64,000 bases of DNA, from the NCBI RefSeq assembly GCF_009914755.1, contig NC_060926.1. One strand, given 5' to 3'. Positions 13,600-29,995 of this stretch are shown here, in pieces; within the stretch, counting starts at the first letter, position 1; the number at the start of each line of letters is the position of its first letter. The position numbers and the translations under genes are program-made. The stretch comes from the human T2T-CHM13v2.0 reference genome, Homo sapiens. The notes below the pieces were generated by a model. That model did not search any database, was not told the origin of the DNA, and saw only the letters and a list, made by a program, of their open reading frames with translations.

Positions 13600-14135
13600 T
13601 ATAGTGGGAGCCAGCCTCCAACATGGTCCCCAATGATCCTCTCTTCCTAGTATTCAGATCCTTGCATAGTCTCCTTCCACATTGTGCCAGACTTGGTCTG
13701 TGTGAACAGTAGTATACAGCAGAAACAACAGTAGGTCACCTCTGAGATTAGGTTATAAAAGGCACTGCTGCTTCTGTCTTGAGCACTCTCTTACTCTCTC
13801 CCCTCGATTTCTCTCTCAGATGACTCGCTTTGAGGGAAACCCATTGCCATGTTGTAAGCAGGTCTGTGGAAGGTCCAACATGGTGAGGAATTGAGTCCTC
13901 TCACTAATGGCCACCTGATAAGGCATCTTGGAAGCATATCCTCCAGCTCAGTCAAGCCTTCAGATGACTACAGACTTAGTCGATAGCTTGCCGGCAACTC
14001 TGTGAGAAACCCTAAGAGAAAACCACCAGGCTAAGCAACTCTGGATTCCTGACTCACAGAAAATGCCTAAGATATGTTTGTTTGAAGCTGCTAAGCAGTT
14101 GGCATAATTTATTACACAGCAATAGACAACTAATA
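13600..14135 (+). mobile_element. MLT1F-like solo LTR
   Basis: Starts cagcctccaacatggtccccaatgatcc; ends cagcaatagacaactaatac. Confidence 0.75.
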
Positions 14136-14589
14136 CCATCACAAAAATATGCAATCACCAAGACCCCATTGGAAATGTTAACTCAAGAACACAAAGACTT
14201 ACTTGGCACTCACAGATAAGGAAACTACCACTGTCAAATCTGCTGCCCAACATTCATAAAACTAGTGTCTGAACACTGAAGGGCTCATGTAATAAAAAGC
14301 CAATACCTAGTCAATGACCACACTGGCACGCAGCAACAGTTGAAGCAAAAGATTGTGACCTAGGCCTCACTTTCTCTTCCAAATCTCACATCTTACACAA
14401 CTATTTGGCAAAACCTAATTTGCATCTAAATCAGTAACTGCAAGAAAGCCTTGGAGGTACAAGCTTTAGCTTTCCAGGCTGTGTTCTATGGAAATGCGCA
14501 GTGGAAGGAAATTAAATGGATATTGAGTGATGCTTCACTATATCTACTATAGTGGGCTATTGTGAGCTAATTTTTTCAAACATTTTGAA

Positions 14590-15040
14590 AATCTTAGATT
14601 TAAAAAAGATAAAATTTAAAACCAAGACACTTATTACCAAAATTGGCTCAGGAAGAAGTATAAAATTGGAATAAATCATAACTATTAAAGAAGCCAAAAT
14701 AATCCAAATTCTTCCTCAAAAGTTGCTAATATGTTGACAGTTTTATAACCATGCTTTATCAGACTTACAAAAAAAGTTAACCCCTATCCTAAAACACAGT
14801 TTTTAAAAGAAGAGCAAATATGAGCATATACAAAGCGACTTGACTTATTTCACAAAGCTGAGATAATTTTGACACCAAAACCTGGACAAGGATTGTATAA
14901 GAAAAGAAAATCATAGGTAATATCATTGATAAATACAGATGCAAAACTCCTAAATAAACCATTAGTAATTTGCACTCATTTAATGTACAAAAATAGCACT
15001 ATATTATTTGTGGATCTAGGAATTCAAGGATTTTCCAGCA
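14590..15040 (+). mobile_element. Old L1M ORF2 fragment
   Basis: gacaccaaaacctggacaagg...gataaatacagatgcaaaactcctaaataaa, resembling the IPKP...NIDAKILNK region of ORF2. Confidence 0.7.
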
Positions 15041-15199
15041 TTGCCTGTTTATGGAGGTCTTGGGCATATAAGTAATCTTAAAATTCTTGGTAATAAAAGA
15101 GATTCCCAAGGAAATAAAAAATAGACTACAAAAAGTGATTTTTCTAGTTTTCTAGTCTAGAAAACTTAAAGTGATTTTTCTAGTTTTCTCTTTACTTAA

Positions 15200-15670
15200 A
15201 CATCTTGCAGAGGAGACCTCAAAGGAGCAGCCAGTGAAATATGGGCAGGGCTGGGAAAGAGGGATGTGTGGTCTCAAGATAGCCGAGAGAAGAAAGTACA
15301 CCAAGTGCCCACATGCTCAGACGTCAAATAAGATGAGGACTGATAATTCCTATTGCTTCTGTACTATGGTGGTCACTGGTTCTATGATAAGCATAAACTC
15401 AGTGGAGTGATGAGACAGAAGCCTAATAGGAATGGGTTGAAAGAAATATAAAGTGAGAAAATGGAGCTGAGATGACAGAAAATTCACTGAAGTGAAACCC
15501 TAAAGAAGAACAGTAAATGGGTTGGTAGCTTGACTCTTAAAAGGAATGGGATAAAAGAAAGATTGTGTTTGTATTTGTTGTTGTTATTTAAGAATGACAG
15601 ATACTGCAGCATATTTGATACCAAAGGAAATAATCAGTAAGTAAAAGTTAAATGGTGCTGGAGAGACGAG
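15200..15670 (-). mobile_element. L2 fragment
   Basis: gtcaaataagatgaggactga...tcagtggagtgatgagacagaagcc. Confidence 0.6.
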
Positions 15671-16284
15671 AGATAATTTTGGGAGCACTCCTTCTCCTTC
15701 AGCCATAAACACCTTGCCAATTTCCAACTCAGGTGAAACTCAACTGTCTGCCACTCTCCTGAACTCAGCTAGGCTGAACACAGAGGAAGAAAAATACACA
15801 GCTGATCTCACTTAAAATCTGTGACCACATATCTCAAATGGGCATTTAACACCAACCAACAATCCTACCATATTTCCTTACGATGGTTTCTCCTGTCTCT
15901 GAAAACTTATTCATGTCCTTCTCCTCCTTCACTTTTAGTTGTTCACTATGTCTCATACATCACAGAGAAAATAGAAGCTATTAAACATTGTCTCATCGTC
16001 CCCCCACCAAATCCACCTGCTTTCTGTATCTGCCTTTTTTCTTGTCTCTCCAAGTGCTCCAGACTCCACTTCTTTATAACAGGAAACTGGCTGAAGGATA
16101 ACTGCACACATTAACTCAGAACAAGTTAGGCTTAGAAGAAATAATAAACACAAAATAAAACTGAAAATCACTAAGCCCATATACAATAAAAATTTGAATA
16201 AAATTAATGAATGAATTCAATCTCCTTGAAAAGATTAGATTTGCAAAATTTGACATAAGAAAATTAAATTTGGTAGTAATAACA

Positions 16285-17370
16285 TTATATGGTCTGGCTC
16301 TGTGACCCCACCCAAATCTTATCTTTAATTGTAATTCGAATTGTAATCTCCATGTGTTGGGGGAGGGAAGTCATGGGAGGTGACTAGATCATAGGGTTGG
16401 TGCCCCCATGCTGTTCTCATGAGAGTGAGTGAGTTCTCATGCTGTCTGATGGTTTTATAAGGGGTTTTTCCCTGCTTCGCTCTGCACTTCTCCTTCCTGC
16501 TGCCATGTGAAGAAGGACATATTTGCTTTCCTTTCCACCATAATTGTAAGTTTCCTGAGGCCCCCTCAGCCCTGTGGAATTGTGAATCAGTTAAACCTCT
16601 TTCCTTTATAAATTACCCAGTCTCAGGCAGTTCTTTATAGCAGCATGAGAACAAACTAACACAGTAAATTGGTACTGGGAGTGGGACACTGCTATAAAGA
16701 TACCTGGAAATGTGTAAGCGACTTTGGACTTGAGTAACAGGCAGAGGTTGGAAGGGTTTGGAGGGCTCAGAAGAAGACAGAAAGATGTGGGAAAGTATGA
16801 AACTTCGAGAGATTTGTTGAATGGCTTTGACCAAAATGCTGATAGTGATATGGACAACAAAGTCCAGGCTGAGGTGGTCTCAGATGGAGATGGGAAACTT
16901 GTTGGGAACTGGACTTGGACTTTTGGTTTAATGCTGAAATAAGACTTTGGGGAACTGTTGGGAAGGCATAATTGTGTTTTGAAATACGAGCAAGATAAGA
17001 TTTGAGAGGGGCCAAGGGCAGAATGATAGGGTCTTGCTCTGTGTCCCCACCCAAATCTCATCATTAATTATAATTCGAATTGTAATGCCCACAGGTTGGA
17101 GGAGGGACCCCATGGGAGGTGACTAGATTATGGGGGTGGTCCATCTATGCTGTTCTTATGATAGTGAGTTCTCAAGAGATCTGATGGTTTTATAAGGGGC
17201 TTTTCCCCGCTTCACTCTGCACTTTTCCTTTCCTTCCCCTTCCACCATGGTTGTAAGTTTTCTAAGGCCTCTGCAGCCCTGAGGAACTGTGAGTTGATTA
17301 AAACACCTTCCTTTATAAATTACCCAATCTCAAGCAGTTCTTTATAGCAATGTGAGAATGAACTAACATA
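16285..17370 (+). mobile_element. THE1C/D-like MaLR with two LTRs and an internally deleted body
   Basis: LTR ~16285-16662, internal ~16663-17022 (gtaaattggtac...gggccaagggcagaa), LTR ~17023-17370. Confidence 0.88.
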
Positions 17371-18425
17371 ATGCACCCAAATAAAGGTCAAATATGAGGT
17401 GCCATCATCAACAAAAATCTTAATTGTAAAATTTACACAGAAAAGCTGTCTCTCAGAGAAAATATTTTCAGTAAAATAAAAACAAAAATGGAAAGTAATA
17501 TTTTAACTGCAAATATCCATCAAAGCTATAAACAAACATGAAAGTGCCGATATTTAGAAACAAAATCAAAACAATCTTGTACAAAAATATTGTGAAAAAA
17601 TTGTCCCACAGAAAGGCCAAAATATCCTATACTAATGTGATGCATTTCTTCCCAGACCTTTTCCTATGTTTTCAGACAGAACAGTGGAGTCCGGTCCCCA
17701 TTTCTTCAGTTTAGGATTCCCAAGCATTTGTAGTTTGTCAGTCCCATCTCTTTCTTGCCACTGCCACACCAATAGGTTCCTTAAGGCTAATAGATGTTCT
17801 AAGGACATCGTAAGAAGATGTCTAAGGTGAGAAACCCTGTGGTGGCAGAAAGAAAATGCTTGTGGCATTGGGCTGGGCATTGTCATGATGGATGATCAGC
17901 TGGCAAGTCTGTGGTTCAGATAGAAGACAGTTCCTCTAGAGAGCAGATTGAAGGCACAGTCCCTGGAGGTGAGCCATGTGAAATACTCTGTCTTAGGAAG
18001 TGTGGATAGTTGCCTGACTGGCAAGGTCTCTGGTCCAATGTGGCTCTGAGTACTCACAGCAGTCCTTTCTTAGACCTACTGGCCTTCCACCTTCTGGAGA
18101 GGGGCCCTCTTCTGGGTGACATTTTCTATATGGAAACTCCTGGTGTCCAGGCTGCAAATTTTGCCTTCCTTTCCTAGCCCCTGGCTTCCTTTGTCTGCTC
18201 TTTTTTGCCCTATACACTTCTCCAGTTTCTCTTGTAATATCCTTTAATGTTCATTAGCAAGAACCTCAGTGTTTCATTAAAAACTCAACTCAAATCACTT
18301 GCAGAGATCTCTCTTCCTCCAAAGGAGTCCTTCCATTGAAAAAAGAAAAAAATTTTCAAAGCAAAAGTAAAAAATCAAAGTAAGCTGAGAATTTATTTTT
18401 AAGTATATTTATAAAATAGTATTTA

Positions 18426-18743
<318 letters not shown>

Positions 18744-19748
18744 ATTAGATATATAAGAGATTATAAACATATTTCCATGCCAATAAAATCGATTACATCA
18801 TAATTTTAATGCCTACATAGTATTCTAATAAACTAATGCATTATATTTTATTTATACTATCTCCCATCTATGTTTTAAATTCTTCACTACTCTAAAATAA
18901 TGGTACAATAAAAACTCTTACAGAGATTTCTGTACTTGGATGATATGTTTCTTTGGGTTACATTTCTAAAAACCATTTACCAGAAGGTTGGAAATAATAG
19001 ATTATCAGTATGTTTACTGAATAACTCCGCTGAAAAGTGAAGAAAAGAATGGAGAAAAATGTGGAAAGAGGAGAAAGTCAATCTAGTAAAATTTATGACC
19101 ATATATTTTTATTTTATCTCCTCTTAAAATGTTTTATATTAACTTTTGAATAGGTAATAGATGCATATGGTTAAAATGTTCTTGGATTTTGAAGAATATG
19201 TGGAAGTAATTGTCTGCCTGTCATATGTCTTCTAGTTCCCCAGTTCACCTCTCCCTAGTTTCTCATTTATCCTTTTAGTTATTAGGGTGAACCATGCAGA
19301 AAAGCCATTTTACAGATCAAACACAGTTTAAGAAAATATAATGTGGTTCTATTCAATATTAGATGCATATACTTTTTAAAACATATGATCATAATATACT
19401 CATGATTCTGCCATGTATACCAGGGTATTTTGCCATAAATCTCTTTTCTTAGTAGGGATAAAGTATCTGAAAGGCAGTTTTTAAAAATTAAAACTGTCAA
19501 GGAATGTTAGATAAGTGGAGTAGAGGAGGGGTGTGGTGTTATTCATTTCCCTAAAACAAGTAACAGTTTCCTTTAACTTGAAGAGGGAGTAACACTTTTG
19601 AAGTCTATAAATTACATAAACAAATGATAAGAAAACATATTGTATGAAAAAAATTTCCAACTAACAAAGTCCAGCGGTTACAGAATCCTAGAGCCCAGCC
19701 TCTGGCTGTGCAGACATGCAGGCTAGAGGGTGCTGTGGTTCAATCCTA

Positions 19749-20240
<492 letters not shown>

Positions 20241-20650
20241 TTGCTACCCAACTTCCTGAAGCAGCTTTTCTGATATAAAAACCAGAGTAAATGACTAAAT
20301 CTTCATAGTTCCCTGGTTTGCCTCTCCCTAGTTTCTTACACTACTTACACAAAAGTAATAAGTAGAATAATGTCTTTTAAAAGAAAATTCAGATTATGGA
20401 ACTGGAAGAGACCTTAGAGATCATCCAGGTACATGGGTATCAGTAGGTAATCATATCAGCATTGCCTGTGGCATTTTGTTTAATTGTCCAAACCACTGAT
20501 TAATGGAATCCTATCAGTTAACAGATGAGGAAAATGAGTCCAAGGGCAGGAAAATAATTTTTCTTTTTTCAAGTTTGAACCCAGGCCTTGGACACTGCAG
20601 AATTAGAAAGTGATCCTTCATTTATTAGTCTTCCAGTCTTGTCAAGTTAC

Positions 20651-20661
20651 TGCTGAGTCAC
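20651..20661 (-). promoter_or_regulatory. Perfect ARE/MARE motif (GTGACTCAGCA)
   Basis: tgctgagtcac on the plus strand; motif match only. Confidence 0.4.
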
Positions 20662-20819
20662 CTTCCCTCAAAAGATTCTCCTTATTGTTTTCCCGTCAAA
20701 GCTTACCTGAAATCACTTCACCATGGTCAACTCTGCAAATCCATAAACACATTTCCTCACCCCAATCTCCCAAATAACTTTATTTGTATACAAAATAAAA
20801 ATTATATTCATGTATTTGG

Positions 20820-20957
20820 TTTATTTCATTTGTTTATTATAGAGATAAGGTCTTGTTCTGTTGCCCAGGCTGGTCTCAAACTCCTGGCCTCAAGCAATCC
20901 TCCTGCCTTGGCCTCCCAAATGCTGGGATTCCAGGCATGCACTACTAGGCCCAGCCT
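20820..20957 (-). mobile_element. FLAM or AluJ left monomer
   Basis: gttgcccaggctggtctcaaactcctggcctcaagcaatcctcctgccttggcctccc. Confidence 0.8.
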
Positions 20958-21381
20958 TGGGTTTGTTTTGATCTTCCCTTGCCTCTCTGTTATACACTTA
21001 TGTTTATTTCCTGACTTAAAAGTATTAGGTTGAGTGTTAAGCTGATTGTTTCAATGAGAAAAATGTGTTCCTGTGTCAGATTAGAAAATGGTGGTTGGGC
21101 TTCAGTGAAAACTAAAACTACTTAATCTGTAATTTACGTGAGCCATCATGCTGATGACCCTTTCCAATTATACCTCCACATCTTGGATAGGCATTGAGTA
21201 GAAATGCATTGGAATATTCTGATGTGCTCCTGATGTGAGACACCAGCAAAAAAATTTATCTTACTTCAGTAGAACGCATGACAGTTGACTGTAGAGTAAA
21301 AAATGATTGCTGGGCATCCATCTCAATGTCCACTCACCATATCTGAAGTACTCCTGGTCCTCAGGTGAACTCTTGCACACA

Positions 21382-21411
21382 AAACAAGGTAAAACTTGTT
21401 TTACCTTGTTT
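21382..21411. repeat. Perfect 14-bp inverted repeat with 2-nt spacer
   Basis: aaacaaggtaaaac-tt-gttttaccttgttt. Confidence 0.9.
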
Positions 21412-24400
21412 ATCTATTATTTTGATAAATGGTGTGTAGTGCATTTCAAGCTAATTAAATAATGAAAATGTGACAAAATCAAAGTGGATCAGTCAGTTCA
21501 GAAGATATTTACTTTAGTAATTAAATGAGCTGAGCCAAAGTAAGTCATCCTACAAAGCACAGCCATCCCAACGGTTTCCTTTTACTGGAAGGTAGCCGCA
21601 GATATGTAGCAAGAATTCAGGCAACAGAAAGAAGAAACTTTGAAGACTTCCGTAAGTCTTGCACAGTATTCTCAAGGTGGAAGTAAAACAGTATGAGGAG
21701 AAATTTAAGAAGGAACAAGATAATAAAGGTAATCTGGGTGCCCTTGGTGAGGAGTGTGGTCAGTTCCCCGAGCTCAGTCAGGTGTGGTTGGTTCTAGTTC
21801 ATTTGCAAATGATTATATTATATATAAAAGCAACAAGGATGTATCTGCTGTTTTACCAGTTTCATTACCCCATAAACAAGAACATACCTGGACAAAATTA
21901 AAGACTCCAGGTGCAACTTACATTCCTAACCCATACCAGCTTTCTCTCAAATTGCTTGTAAGATCAAAGCAATGAAGCAAACAAGTGTGACTGGATCTGT
22001 GAAAATCCATCATTATGAATGGGAAAACATATGCTAATGTCTGGTCAGTGAATCAATCACATCTTATTTTAAGGACAAGACTGAGAGATTTATTGTGTGA
22101 ATAATGGTTCAATAACAATTTTTTTTCCCAAAGCATTACCGCGACTGCTAATAAGCGGGAGTATTCATGCACAAAGACAAATATTCTCATGCTGAGAAGT
22201 TAAATATTGCTGCCAGTGTTTTCACTCTCAGATGACCCTTGCCATATGAATAAAATACGGAGTGATGGGGAAATAGGGAGGATAGATTATGGAATAAATA
22301 GCAAATGTTTCCTGGTGGCTGCTTTACATAAGATTAAATGCAATTACCTGTTCCTCTGACTCACTACAAAGTTTCTCAGTCCAAGAGGCAAGGTCTACAC
22401 CTGGGATTTCAGGGAAGCCAAAGGGTCTTTCTGAATACTTACCGGCCATAATAGTTACCCACGATTCCCATAAAACTTTAGCACACATCAAATATAGTCA
22501 CCTGAGAAAAAAATATGTCCCTAGAAAAGTCAAACCTGTTTAGGCTGAGGGGTGAAAATAGAAGGTACGTGCTATAGAAAGGGAAAGAGTTTTCACATTA
22601 TACAATTAGAGGAAGTTTTCTTAGCTGAATTCAGGACACATTGTGTAATGAAATACAGCTAATAAATATGCAGTAGCAGAAGTAATAAGTATAAGTTCTT
22701 TGCTAGAAAAACAGGTGCAAAAGAGGCTAAGATCTTTGAGGATGGTTTTTTTTTGTCCCCACCATGGAAGCATTTAAGAATGCCCAAGCTTAGATCCCAC
22801 AAGCTTATTCTGAGACAAAAGGTACTATACACTTCTTAAAATTACTGCACACTTCAGTATATCTTTCTGCCAGGGAAGACCTTGTATTACCATCAAACAG
22901 AATCAGTCGTATTCTTCCTACCTTGTATCCTATGTAAAACCACACACTATCTTCATATCCTTGAAGATGTAACAGGAAACTTGCACCCCAACCATGTGAT
23001 TTCCATCATAGTAAGAATCTATTTCTAGGGATCTAAAAATGGATCTAACAATGACAAGCTGTATCAATTATAGAGTAAGAAAAAAACCTCGTTCAGCTCT
23101 GCTTAACTCACTTTAATATATATTTGTCTAATGTTTGATCATTTTTCAATTAGGAGGAAAATGACAAAAATAATATTTGTTTGAAAAAGTTTGACTTTAT
23201 AGTAATTCAACAATAATCAAAAGAGATCTAACTTGATGTTTTGACCAGTTGGTATACACCAAGTGCATTGTGGTTTTTTAAAATAGTGACTCGTTTTAAT
23301 ATAAATTCTATTAACACTTTCTTCCATCCAAACAATGAAAGATAGTTTAGAAATTTCATTCAAGGGCATGATTTCTCTCAACCACTGGCTATAGTATAAG
23401 ATGATTTTAGGCAAGAGATAATTTAGAAGGAATTTACAGAAAACAGACTAATGATTTTTCTAGGATAAACATGAATTAAAATCACATTTATTTTCTTATG
23501 ATTTTCCCAACTGTAGCTATTCACAAAAACTTTCTAAGTTTTAGCTAATTGACTTTTAGTAATACAACATTTTATCCCACATTGAGACTAGAAAAAAACT
23601 TTCATCATAACAGTTTCAAAACATTTAAACTTTTGAATGAGCCAATGCCAGTCATACAGTCTTCATTATTCTCCACCAACATCTGGGAGAGTCAGTCCTT
23701 CAGCATGAGTTTAACAGGTTAGCTTTTTAATAACGCACTCCAATTTGGTCAGGTGACAAAACACGAGATGAATTTTTTTTCAGCATAGCAAATTAAACCC
23801 ATATAATTTGTTAACAGTAAATTTTAGTCTGATTATAAATGTTATAGATTTCATGATCCCATTATAGCACAAATGAATTAACTTATATTTTCCATTTTAT
23901 GAGTCTATTTTCAAGCCAACCATCTGAAATTACAGTATTTAATAGGAATATTTAAGAAGTATATTATTGTTTTAAAAAATATGCCAGATACAAAAGTTTT
24001 TGCTTAATTCTTCCTCTATTCATATTTAAGAAAGAATCTAAAATGTTTGGGAAACTTTTTAAAAGAAAATGTCTAGTTGCTAGTAATTACCCATTATCTA
24101 AAACTTTACATTTTAAAATGTTTAGCTGCGCACTGTCATGAGGTGTTTGGCAAGCAGTTTTGAAGCTCAGAGGCCTGAAACTCTCTGAATTGACATATTT
24201 GGTAAACAAAGTCTCTTTGAAGTGCCTTCCTCCAGTGATTCAGTCTGAATAATGTAAACAAGAAAATAATTGGTAACACAGAATTAGCTACCAGACTTCC
24301 TCTATCCTAAAATGCACTTTCCCCTTAAGCTGGCAGGGGGTGGCGGGGGCATGTTTTTGTTTGTCTGTTCATTTGTTTTTATTAATTCCCTCTTCCTTCA

Positions 24401-24463
24401 GGGAGACCTGGTGGGGCCTGGCACTACCAGACTCCTCAGGCCCATCATCTGCTTACGGCTTTC

Positions 24464-24743
<280 letters not shown>

Positions 24744-25719
24744 CTGCTTACTGCTTTCTAAATGTGCCATGGCCCAAAAAAAGTAAAGAAACTGTTTTCA
24801 TATTAGAGGTAAATCTTACAATCAATGATGTTTGCCTAATTGGCTGCGCTTACCAAGTATATTAAACAAACTCCTTTTAACCTCTTGCTTTCTTGAGACC
24901 TTGCAGAGAATGTGTTAATTACATTAACATTATTGGCACTAAACCGTGACTTAAGTTTACAGGTGACCTTCAAATAAATATTTCTGTAGCCTAGAACTAG
25001 ACTTTTACTGCCACCATAAAGCTTGCCTTAAGGAGAAGACATTCTTGAAAAAAATCAAAGTAGGCACAAATCAAAGAGACTCATTTTCTGTGCTGCAATT
25101 ATTTTTCTTAGTTCCTCTGAGGCAACTAATCTGCTATTCAGATTAGTTGAATTCAAACCTTGAATTCTGAAATAGACAACCAAACAAGATGGTTTTTGTG
25201 CAACTAAATGACCAGCCATAAAAGACCAAGCTGCAACTGTAAACCTGAATGATTGACATATGTTCTTCTTTTCTTTATACTGGAAAACAAAGTTTTACCC
25301 AGTTCAGAATGCCTAATCAGCTGTTATAAAGACTTCTCAACTAAATAATTGGTTTATATTTTGGATTATTACCTGAAATAATATATGACTTGGTATACTT
25401 AAAAAGTAATGATTGAAATAATAGGTATTAGCCATCTTTCCATCAATTTGAGGATTTCCCTATTGTTTTTTAAACCTGGTTAACAATTCCCCTGAACTTT
25501 AATTAAAACAAAAAAGATATATGGTCATTTCACAAAGATAACTGTATAAATCAACCATCTCACCTCCATTATATATATTAAAAAAAAGCTAATGCAGATG
25601 GAGGCACCCCTAAAATTAGAAGACCTATATATAATGCCATGACACACGCTGCATAAGTAGCTTTGATGAGAAGCTGTATTTTTCTAGGGGTATTTTTAAC
25701 CAAGTGAAGAGCAATTATT

Positions 25720-25930
25720 GGCCGTGGAAAGACAAAACTTGGTGTTGCAACACCTGGGATGAAGGCCCTGCTCAGTCCCTTATTAGCTAGGAGACGTCGG
25801 GTTAGTCACTTAATCCTTCTAAGCCTCATTTTCCACAGCTGTCAATTAAAGAAAAATAGATTACTTCAGAGAGTGTTTGGGGATTCAAATTACATAATGG
25901 AAATGTATATGCTTTGTAAATTATAAAATT
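25720..25930 (+). mobile_element. MIR SINE
   Basis: gttagtcacttaatccttctaagcctcattttccacagctgt. Confidence 0.65.
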
Positions 25931-26014
25931 ATCTATGAATGTTACTTAACGACATTTTAATACTAAAATCTGGCTGTACAGGTTTTAGGGATTATTTAAA
26001 TAATCGGAAAAGAA

Positions 26015-27480
<1,466 letters not shown>

Positions 27481-28625
27481 GTGGGGAACTATTTGGGACA
27501 TTTTATTCACCCCTCAAATTATAAGAGCCAGGTCACTTAGTTTATTGGTCTAGAATGTCTTTCTCCCTTCTACTTGGGGTAAAGTTGGTCCTATTTAGAC
27601 TATAGCCTTAGAGAGTATTTGAGGAGGAGGATGGAGATTAGATGAATATATATATAGACTATTAAATTTAAAAGATGAGTGAGTTATTCATTCACTCACT
27701 ACCAACAAGCCCCACACCAGGGCTTATGGTTTCTAAAAGCTGCTTTCAATGGTATGGTTGTGGAAGAACAAAAAAAGACGCAACATTTCTTCACGTAAGT
27801 CTGGAGCTTCCCTCTCATTCAAAGACTTCTTTCCTCACAACTATGCACAGCCATGTCCTGTTGCTTCCTAACAGCTCTTGTGGGTCCATCTCACCCATCT
27901 CTGTCTTCAATGACTTGGAAACTTTCCCCTTACCTAGTCAGGTAAGGGCCCTTGGGGCCCCACTACTTGCTCTGTCTCAGTCACCATGATTCAGTCTTTC
28001 TCTTACTGAGGGGAGACTTCCTCAAGCCTCTAGCCCTTGGTGTTATGCTAGTCTGTGCTGTGTTAACCAAAATGAGATTGCAGACCTTCTTGTCACTCTG
28101 ACAGCTTTCCACTATGACTCACTGATAAGAAATCGCATGTCAGAAGTTAACAATTGGAGCTTGTCTTGCAGGTCCTGCTGATCCCAGCTTACAAACATAG
28201 GTTCAACACCTTCTTAGACTCTGCGGCCTTTTCTGCGAGGTTTCTTCTAGCTGAACAGACCTGTTGTAGGGAGTATAGTATATTCTGCAACTCTGATGTA
28301 TTTTCTAAATGTAAATTTATTTTCCATTACTGACCTAATTTATTAGCTAGTTAATGAAAATAATGAGAATCCCTAAGGATCCCAAATACTTTATGAAATT
28401 AAAAAAAAAATTAAAGAGTATTCTGGAAGCCATTTCCCTACTCCTGGGCTGCTGAGCTCTCAAGTGAATCTAGAGTACAAACATGAAGGCTATATCTGTG
28501 GGGAATGTGTTGGCTTCTGTCTTTGAAAGGAAACAAGACAAATAACTTGTACATGGTATTAATATATTTTCCAATTTGGAAAAAATCCATAACTTAAGTC
28601 AGAAAATTGTACATTGTAAAATAAA

Positions 28626-28978
<353 letters not shown>

Positions 28979-29104
28979 CCAGGACAAAAGACGTGAACAG
29001 ATATTTTTCTGAAGAGGATAAATGGATGGCAAGTAAGCAGAAGAAAAGATACTGAACATCATCAACCATTAGAGAAATGCAAATTAAAACCACAATGGAG
29101 ATCA

Positions 29105-29392
29105 TATGCAGTGGCTCATGCCCGTAATCCCAACTTTGGGAGGCTGAGGCAGGCAGATCACTTGAGTCCAGGCATGTGAGACCAGTCTGGGCAACATGGC
29201 AAAACTCTGTCTCTACAAAAAATACAAAAATTAGCCAGGTGTGGTAGTGCACGCCTGTCATCCAGCTACTTAGGAGGCTGAAGCAGGAGGATCGCTTGAG
29301 CCTTGGAGGCGGAGGTTTCAGTGAGCTGAGATTGTGACACTGCATTCCAGCCTAAGTGACAGTGAGACCCCTGTCTCCAAAAAAAATTTTTA
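29105..29392 (+). mobile_element. AluJ
   Basis: Alu body inside the L1MC element. Confidence 0.9.
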
Positions 29393-29995
29393 AAAATGAA
29401 ATAACACTACATACCTAACAGAATGGCTAAAATTAAAATAATGACAACACCAAGTGTTAATGAGGATGTTCAAAAACTAGATCACATATACTTTGCTGGT
29501 GGGAAGGTTACTTTACTAGAAAACAGCTTGGCAGTTTCTTATACATTTTAACGTGCAATTAATATTCAACCCTGCAATTGCACTCTTGGGCATTTATCCT
29601 AGAGAAATTAAAACATATGTTCATACCAAAACCTGTACATGAATGTTCATAGCAATCCTTATTTGTAATAGCCAAAAACCTGAAACAGACCAGATGTCTT
29701 TCAACGGATGACTGATTAAACAAATGGTGGTACATCCATACCATGGAATACTACCCAGCAATAAAAAGAAACAAACTATTGATACAACTTGGATATTCAG
29801 ATAATTGTGCTGAATGAAAAAAGCCAATCTGAAAGATTATATACTATATGATTCAATTACTGTGATTTTTTGAAATGACGATTTTATAAATGGACAGATG
29901 AAAGGTCTATATATAGAGCGAAGTGAGTGTGGTTACAAAAAGGCAACAAGGGGGATCCTTGTGATGACAGAATTGTTCAGTATCTTGACAGTAGT

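Noticed and set aside
16606-17113. Cluster of 61-152 aa ORFs
   Set aside because: Entirely inside THE1 LTR/internal sequence; similar peptides recur at 29977-30635
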